Shown here: in pieces, positions 57,771 through 64,000 of the stretch
Layout: each line of letters starts with the position of its first letter
Position numbering within the stretch: the first letter of the stretch is position 1
Source of the DNA: an uncultured cyanobacterium
GTDB lineage: Bacteria; Cyanobacteriota; Cyanobacteriia; Cyanobacteriales; CAWCAG01
Assembly (NCBI GenBank): GCA_963793425.1
Contig: CAWCAG010000005.1
Coordinates: forward strand, 2,016,001-2,080,000
Direction of reading: 5' to 3'
DNA length: 64,000 bases
The notes under the pieces: generated by a model
The model's database searches: none
The model's input: the letters and a program-made list of their open reading frames with translations, nothing else
What the model was told of the DNA's origin: nothing
Translations under genes and position numbers: made by a program

Positions 57771-58523
57771 TTAGCCAAAGCGATAGCCAAAACCCCGCAC
57801 GGTAATAATATATTCTGGCTTACTAGGATCTAATTCTAGTTTCTCTCGTAACCAGCGAATGTGAACATCAACTGTTTTGGTATCTCCTAAAAAGTCTATG
57901 CCCCAAATTTGCTCAATCAATTGTTCCCTTGACCAAACTCGGCGAGGATAGCCAATAAATAGTTCTAAAAGTTTAAACTCTTTCGGAGAAAGATTAACTT
58001 CTTCATCTCGTACTGTTACTCGACATTCTTGGGGAATCAAAGTAACTTCCTTAAATTTGAGAGTTGCAGGCTGTCCTTGGGAACTATAACGTTGTCGCCG
58101 TAACAAAGCGCGACAACGAGCTACTAATTCCTTCATACTAAAGGGTTTAGTGAGATAATCATCTGCTCCCACTTCTAAACCAAGTACACGATCTGTTTCG
58201 CTGGCTTTAGCGCTTAAAATCAAAATTGGTACAATATTGCCTTGATAACGTAGCAGACGGCAAATATCTAAACCATTAATTTGGGGCAGCATTAAGTCTA
58301 AAACAATTAAATCAAAAGGAAATTCTTGAGAATTCGACTCTTCCTTTTGAAGAAATCCTAAAGCCTCACGCCCATCAGTGGCAGTTGTAACCTCGTAGCC
58401 TTCCTCCTGTAAAGCTAATACAACCATTTGCCGAATTAAATTCTCGTCTTCAACTACCAAAATTTTGCTAGTCTTAGTCAATTTTGGTTGAGAAGGGGTT
58501 TGTGGTATTTCGAGGGAAAGCAT
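57771..58523 (-). CDS. sphR: Phosphate regulon response regulator SphR/PhoB
   Basis: LDLMLP, GADDYLTKPF, KTVDVHIRWLREKLE, TVRGFGYRFG; operon context. Confidence 0.88.
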   Translation of the reverse strand: MLSLEIPQTPSQPKLTKTSKILVVEDENLIRQMVVLALQEEGYEVTTATDGREALGFLQKEESNSQEFPFDLIVLDLMLPQINGLDICRLLRYQGNIVPILILSAKASETDRVLGLEVGADDYLTKPFSMKELVARCRALLRRQRYSSQGQPATLKFKEVTLIPQECRVTVRDEEVNLSPKEFKLLELFIGYPRRVWSREQLIEQIWGIDFLGDTKTVDVHIRWLREKLELDPSKPEYIITVRGFGYRFG

Positions 58524-58710
58524 AAAGATGTTATCCAGTATTGTTCTACACAAACATATATAACAAAATCATACCGTTTGGAGATGCGATTGGGAATTTT
58601 ACATTGATTCAGATTTGATATTTAAGGTTTTGCCTGTGACTTTAGTTTATATACTGGATAAGGAATGGTTTTTTTATTAAAGAATAGTTTTTTTCACTTC
58701 CCCCTTAGCA

Positions 58711-59181
58711 ATGCAATATATCGACACTAAACAAGCGGCCCAAATTTTAAAAATTACTCCCCGAAGAGTCGTTTACTTACTACAACAAAAACGTATCCGA
58801 GGGGCATATAAAATAGGCAAGGCTTGGGCAATTCCTTTATATTGTGGCAAACCGAATGTTTCTCGTGGAACCAGAGGTCCCAAACCTCGTTGGACTAAAC
58901 CTCGTTTGCCTGGGGCGAAAATCATTCACGTCAACGGACAAGCAATTTCCAAAAACCAAAAAGATAATGGCATCAGACCAGTAATCAGCGTTAAACAGAG
59001 TGTAGATAATCGCGATCGCAACGACTACGGACATGAGGTCGAAATCTACGGTTATTGCCGTTTAGTTTATCGCCCAGACAAACCCCGCTCTTGTGGAGCA
59101 ACTTTATGGATTGAAACCTATGCAGGGGTGGATATAGTTACATTTATAGGAAATCGAAATCTAAGAATTCAAAGGCAATAA
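58711..59181 (+). CDS. Excisionase-like HTH protein with uncharacterised C-terminal domain
   Basis: YIDTKQAAQILKITPRRV...RIRGAYKIGKAWAIP; IHVN...PVISVK...YRPDKPRSCGATLWIET. Confidence 0.75.
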   Translation: MQYIDTKQAAQILKITPRRVVYLLQQKRIRGAYKIGKAWAIPLYCGKPNVSRGTRGPKPRWTKPRLPGAKIIHVNGQAISKNQKDNGIRPVISVKQSVDNRDRNDYGHEVEIYGYCRLVYRPDKPRSCGATLWIETYAGVDIVTFIGNRNLRIQRQ

Positions 59182-59271
59182 TATAGGGGCGACCCATAAT
59201 CATTAAACATTTTTCTTTGGCTCACATTCGGTAGAGTTGGGTATATGGGTAGACATTTACAAACCATGTGG

Positions 59272-59814
59272 TTATGCTGCTTTACTACGAAGCAGTCTTG
59301 AATCACCATCAGAGGCGATCGCTTCAAAACAAGAATCCATTTCCAGAAAAAGCTGCCAATAATCCTGGTTACATCGTGTCATCAACATTTGGATAAATAA
59401 CTCTTCTAATTGAGAGTTGCGTTTACCTTTCCAAAGAGTATCGGCCAAAGCAACACAAATTTCTTCAAAAGAACATTCCATTGTTTCCCATTGACTGTGA
59501 GAACGACAACATCGGGCCAGTTTTGAATCAACTCCGTGAGAGACTAGCAACTTTTCACCATCAGCCTCATGATTGTTGCCTTTAGCAATCAATTCCTGGG
59601 GATGAATAATCTTACCCGCATCATGAAGGGCAATACCCAAGCGGAAAAAGTTTTCGTCAAACTGCACCGGTAATTCATGTAGCTTCGAGATCAATAACTC
59701 AGCCGCTTCCCCAACTAATTTGACGTGAAGAAGTAGCTTTGTTGAGGCTCCCAATTCTTGAAGAAACTGGTAAGCTTCCGATACTGTTTGCAAAGTTCTA
59801 ATTTGCCTATTCAT
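59272..59814 (-). CDS. HD-domain protein
   Basis: LLLHV, ALHDAGK, NHE, RSH, LADTLWKG. Confidence 0.8.
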   Translation of the reverse strand: MNRQIRTLQTVSEAYQFLQELGASTKLLLHVKLVGEAAELLISKLHELPVQFDENFFRLGIALHDAGKIIHPQELIAKGNNHEADGEKLLVSHGVDSKLARCCRSHSQWETMECSFEEICVALADTLWKGKRNSQLEELFIQMLMTRCNQDYWQLFLEMDSCFEAIASDGDSRLLRSKAA

Positions 59815-59876
59815 GAATTTGTGACGAGAAAAGAAAAGGAAAAGGCTTTCCCTTCCTTTCCCCAATCAGGCTGTAA

Positions 59877-61403
59877 CTATGCCCCTACAGATTCTTTAGC
59901 AGCATAAAGAACTTCAACATTAATATCAGTAATACCGCGATCGCGGGCAAATTTCTCAGTATTACGCTTCACTTTACCCCGTACAAAGCCAGGAATTTTA
60001 TTTAATTCTGCCTTACCATCCTTTGTCCAATTAAGGTCAGAGTCAGCAGAGATTCCTTTATGAATCGCTTCTTTGGTATCATGTCCCCCAAAGATTTCTA
60101 ATAGATGGTCTTCCATACCCAAGGTAAACGAGTTATAAACCAAGTCAGCCATTTGGTTAGTTCCTTCATAGCCCAAGAAAGGTTTGTAACCAATGGGGAA
60201 ATCTTGAATGTGAATCGGAGCAGCAATTACCCCACAAGGAATATTTAAACGCTTACCCACATGGCGTTCCATTTGGGTTCCAAAAATCGCCGACGGTTCG
60301 TGACGGGCAATCATGTCCCCAATTTCACCATTATCATTGCTGATAAGGACTTCATCGCAATATTCACTAACTTGTTCTTTGAACCACTCTTGATCATACT
60401 TACAATAGGTTCCGGCACAGACTACATGAATGCCCATTTCCCTCGCTAAAATCTTCGTCATCGCTGCTGCGTGGGTATTATCCCCAAAAACCACCGCTTT
60501 TTTCCCCGTTAAATTTTGGCAGTCAATGGAGCGAGAAAACCAAGCAGCTTGGGAAACGTGAAGAGTTTGGTTATTAATATAGTCTTCGTAGTCAACTTCT
60601 GCCCCTTGAGCATTAATAACCTCTTGAATCTTACGTAAGCAACGGGCTGTTTCCACAACACCCATAGGAGTTATATCAACATAGGGCGTACCAAATTCTT
60701 TTTCTAAATATTGGGCAGTCATCTGACCCAATTCTCGATAGGGAAGGAGGTTAAACCATGCACGGGGCAAACTTTTTAATTCTTGTACCGAAGCACCTTC
60801 CGGAATGACAGCATTAACTTCAATGCCCAAATCTGCCATCAAGCGCTTCAACTCTGTACAATCATGTTGGTTATGGAAACCCAGGGTAGACATACCAATA
60901 ATGTTAACGGAAGGCTTCTCCGTCTTCTCTGTAACTAAATCACCTTTTTTCCGCGCTTTGGCAATATAGTATTGAACAATTTGGTCTAAAGTCCGGTCAG
61001 CCGCTTGCAGTTCATCAACCCGATAGTGATTGACATCTGCTAGTAAGACATCTCCTTGAGAATCAATTTGGGCGCGATCTACAAAGTTTTGTAAGTCTTC
61101 TTGAAGAATACTAGAAGTACAAGTAGGGGTAAGAACAATTAAATCAGGATGTTCTTCTTGATCTTTACGAGTAATATTATCAACAACCTTTTCCTGGGAA
61201 CCTCTAGCCAAGACATTGCGATCCACAATACTAGCTGTCACCGGAGTAAAGTCTCTTTCTCGCTCTAACATTGAGCGCATGACATTAAAATAATCATCTC
61301 CTAAAGGAGCGTGCATAATAGCATGAACGTTTTTAAAAGAACTAGCAATACGTAAAGTGCCAATGTGGGCAGGGCCAGCATACATCCAATAAGCTAGTTT
61401 CAT
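59877..61403 (-). CDS. chlB: Light-independent protochlorophyllide reductase subunit B
   Basis: [50 protein letters not shown]. Confidence 0.98.
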   Translation of the reverse strand: MKLAYWMYAGPAHIGTLRIASSFKNVHAIMHAPLGDDYFNVMRSMLERERDFTPVTASIVDRNVLARGSQEKVVDNITRKDQEEHPDLIVLTPTCTSSILQEDLQNFVDRAQIDSQGDVLLADVNHYRVDELQAADRTLDQIVQYYIAKARKKGDLVTEKTEKPSVNIIGMSTLGFHNQHDCTELKRLMADLGIEVNAVIPEGASVQELKSLPRAWFNLLPYRELGQMTAQYLEKEFGTPYVDITPMGVVETARCLRKIQEVINAQGAEVDYEDYINNQTLHVSQAAWFSRSIDCQNLTGKKAVVFGDNTHAAAMTKILAREMGIHVVCAGTYCKYDQEWFKEQVSEYCDEVLISNDNGEIGDMIARHEPSAIFGTQMERHVGKRLNIPCGVIAAPIHIQDFPIGYKPFLGYEGTNQMADLVYNSFTLGMEDHLLEIFGGHDTKEAIHKGISADSDLNWTKDGKAELNKIPGFVRGKVKRNTEKFARDRGITDINVEVLYAAKESVGA

Positions 61404-61679
61404 ATAATTGTGCCTCCAGTTGTGGTTGTAAATGCTTATAGTAGTTGAATTAATTTGCGCTCTAAAGCATTGTCTCAGATATGAGGTAAACACTATTTTC
61501 TTTCGTATGAGGGGAGGATTTGCTCTAGATTGTTGCCATAGCTTGGTTTCTGGGGTTTTGAAGCAATGGTTAAGTAAGGGGAAAGTTGTTTAAGGGTAAA
61601 GATTCTTAATTGTTCTTCTTGTTTCTTTAAATTGAATATTTATTGTTCCTTCTTTGATAGGAAGTAGAATTATTTCTAA

Positions 61680-61988
61680 TTATTCCTCATCTTGCTCAAA
61701 AAGTTTAGTTAAATCCTGATAACCACTAACTACTCTCAAGATTTCAATTCCTTCTGCTATTGGGCGATAAAAGATAAGATAACTCTCTACGGGGAAACTT
61801 CTTACCATAGGAAAAAGCTCATCTCGTCTTCGTCCCATGTTAGGAAAACGAGCTAAAGTTTGACATTTTTGATTGATCTTCTTTAAATAGCTTTCTGCTG
61901 CATCTAATCCACGATTATCAGCAATATAATCAATTATACTTTCAATGTCTCGACTGGCAGGAACAGTAAAACGACAAATGTTACTCAT
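61680..61988 (-). CDS. ParE/RelE family toxin
   Basis: ASRDIESIIDYIA, FPNMGRRRDEL, YLIFYR, EILRVV. Confidence 0.9.
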   Translation of the reverse strand: MSNICRFTVPASRDIESIIDYIADNRGLDAAESYLKKINQKCQTLARFPNMGRRRDELFPMVRSFPVESYLIFYRPIAEGIEILRVVSGYQDLTKLFEQDEE

Positions 61989-61990
61989 TA

Positions 61991-62257
61991 TTATTGTGCT
62001 TGATAGCGACGCTGCTCTAATTTCCTTTGAATAGAACCAAAAACAGTTTCACTATCTATAACTTCACCTCTTTCAGAAGCCTTTACGCCCACCATAACTT
62101 CTTGCCTAATCTCAGCAAAATGCCCCTCATAAATATGCTCTATTTCCATCAATAATTTTAATCCAGCATTGACAGCTTCATTTAATGACTTATATTGACC
62201 ACTAGTGACTTTTTCCTGAATAAACTGCTCTAGTTCAGGCTGTAAACTAATTTCCAT
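61991..62257 (-). CDS. ParD-like antitoxin (RHH)
   Basis: ISLQPELEQFIQEKVTSGQYKS..EAVNAGLKLL; 2 bp from the toxin. Confidence 0.9.
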   Translation of the reverse strand: MEISLQPELEQFIQEKVTSGQYKSLNEAVNAGLKLLMEIEHIYEGHFAEIRQEVMVGVKASERGEVIDSETVFGSIQRKLEQRRYQAQ

Positions 62258-62354
62258 AATCCAAAATCACTAAATAACTTTATATTATACTCAAAACGTT
62301 TGTCTCAGGTACGTGTTGCTGCTTCTTCAAATTGTCTTGCGGTCATGGAGCTTC

Positions 62355-62618
62355 TTACTCAAAAGGGTTATCACGATTGTGACGAACAGGAGTTTCTAGA
62401 ATGTAGTTCTCTTCAATACAACTTTTACGCAACTCAGCAAACATATCTGCCAAGGGCGGTTTTTGTTGTTGCTGATGCCAGATGAGAAATTGCTCAAACA
62501 TTTTTGTCTCTATAACAGCAGCTACAGGACGTTCTTGTTGGTAAATAATCTGTGGTTCAAAGTTCGCAGCATTGATTAATTCGATAAATTTTTGCTGTGC
62601 TTCTTCTGTCCCAGCCAT
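62355..62618 (-). CDS. Phd/YefM-like antitoxin (orphan)
   Basis: EEAQQKFIELINAA..EPQIIY..ERPVAAVI; no toxin ORF follows. Confidence 0.7.
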   Translation of the reverse strand: MAGTEEAQQKFIELINAANFEPQIIYQQERPVAAVIETKMFEQFLIWHQQQQKPPLADMFAELRKSCIEENYILETPVRHNRDNPFE

Positions 62619-62907
62619 TTTTTATTGATGCAAAAAGTTATTTAGCTAAATGATACTTTATCAACAAACAGCTAATTGTTTTGTATTAATTTCCTACAGT
62701 GTATAGCGATCGCAACTTTTGTAAAATTCTTATGATACCAAACAGATAACCTGTGCCGCCCTTGCCGAATTTAGTATCAGACCGTAATTGTGAAAATTTG
62801 TATCCCTTGCGTATTTCTGCTTGGGAAGTAGATAAATACCTTTAGAAAGCAGTTATGCAAATGCAATTGAACTTCAATTGCCATATTTATCCTATCTGAC
62901 AAAACTT

Positions 62908-64000
62908 ATGAAACTTTCCTACTTATTAACTCTTCCTGGCATTGTTGCTTTATCTTTATCAACTTGCAGTTTAATTGAACCACCTCTATTAGCAGCCCCA
63001 GTAGTAGAGATTGCAGAGGCAACTACAGCAGAAGACTTTTACTCCGAAGGTAATCAATTCTATCAAAATGGGCGTTATGGAAAAGCCATAGAGTCTTATG
63101 ATAAAGCCTTGGAGATTAAACCTGACTACTTTCAGGCTTGGGTGAATCGTGGTGTTGCCCTAGGGAAGCTAGAAAAGTACGAAGAGGCAATAGCTTCCTA
63201 CGACCAGGCTGTAGAGATTAGTCCTGACAACAGTACAGCTTGGTACAATCGTGGCAATGAGCTATATAATTTGGGAAAATACGAAGAGGCAATCTTATCC
63301 TATAACAAAGCTTTAGAAATTAAACCTGATTATTATGGGGCTTGGAATAATCACGGCTTTGCCCTAGAGAAGTTAGGTAAGCGCGAGGAAGCACTAACTT
63401 CATATGACAAAGCTTTAGAAATTAAATCTGATGGCTATGAGGCTTGGTATAATCGCGCCAATGCTCTAGGGAAGTTAGAGAAGTATGAAGAAGCAATAGC
63501 TTCATATGACAAAGCTTTAGAAATTAAACCTAACTACTATGGGGTTTGGAGCAATCGTGGTATTTCCCTAAGAGAATTAGAAAAATATGAAGAAGCACTA
63601 GCTTCATATGACAAAGCTTTAAAAATTAAACCTGATGGCTATGAGGCTTGGAATGGTCGCGGCAATACTCTAGCAGAATTAGAAAAATATGAAGAAGCAC
63701 TAGCTTCATATGACAAAGCTTTAAAAATTAAACCTAATTACAGTGATGCTTGGAATAATCGTGGTATTTCCCTAAAAGAATTAGAAAAATATGAAGAGGC
63801 AATAGCTTCATATGACAAAGCTTTGGAAATTAAACCTGACAATATTGCAGCTTGGAATAATCGCGGCAATGCTCTAGCAGACTTAGAGAAGTATGAAGAA
63901 GCAATAGCTTCATATGACAAAGCTTTGGAGATTGAGCCTGACTACAGTAAAGCTTGGAACAACCGAGGTTTTGCCCTTGAATCTCTTGAGCGCTATGATG
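62908..64000 (+). CDS. Secreted TPR-repeat protein (runs off the right edge)
   Basis: Not in ORF track; MKLSYLLTLPGIVALSLSTCSL signal-like start, then at least 9 34-aa repeats KPDxxxAWxNRGxxLxxLEKYEEAIASYDKALEI. Confidence 0.92.
   Translation, partial: MKLSYLLTLPGIVALSLSTCSLIEPPLLAAPVVEIAEATTAEDFYSEGNQFYQNGRYGKAIESYDKALEIKPDYFQAWVNRGVALGKLEKYEEAIASYDQAVEISPDNSTAWYNRGNELYNLGKYEEAILSYNKALEIKPDYYGAWNNHGFALEKLGKREEALTSYDKALEIKSDGYEAWYNRANALGKLEKYEEAIASYDKALEIKPNYYGVWSNRGISLRELEKYEEALASYDKALKIKPDGYEAWNGRGNTLAELEKYEEALASYDKALKIKPNYSDAWNNRGISLKELEKYEEAIASYDKALEIKPDNIAAWNNRGNALADLEKYEEAIASYDKALEIEPDYSKAWNNRGFALESLERYD

Noticed and set aside
62908..64000. Diversity-generating retroelement target
   Set aside because: No reverse transcriptase or template repeat in the window, and the variation is not visibly restricted to adenines.
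1..64000. tRNA, rRNA, transposase, integrase or prophage genes
   Set aside because: None recognised by eye in ORFs or intergenic gaps; a covariance-model scan would be needed to exclude small RNAs.

Overview
AT-rich cyanobacterial chromosome segment (frequent HIP1 octamers GCGATCGC; psbEFLJ, ycf48, rubA, ndhCKJ, ccmK3/K4, chlB, dnaA, gltX, argJ, cofH, sphRS-phoU). Most of it is housekeeping DNA with small accessory insertions. Highlights: (1) an operon joining an ETR1-type ethylene/copper-binding histidine kinase, an Rcp1-like receiver and a REC-PAS-PAS-GGDEF protein; (2) an arsM-arsS organoarsenic cluster with two DedA/TVP38 proteins, a co-oriented ferredoxin and aldo-keto reductase, a nearby MerA-like disulfide reductase, and the phosphate regulators next door; (3) an unlisted 51-aa ORF resembling the ATP synthase inhibitor AtpTheta; (4) three DnaA boxes after dnaA with no dnaN; (5) several families of very small dispersed repeats, some supplying gene starts or stops; (6) decayed toxin-antitoxin and ATPase-TPR modules; (7) three single-base frameshifts (PEP-CTERM gene, short-chain dehydrogenase, ndhJ), probably assembly errors. 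No rRNA, tRNA, CRISPR array, transposase or prophage was seen. All calls come from motif recognition by eye; no database searches were run.
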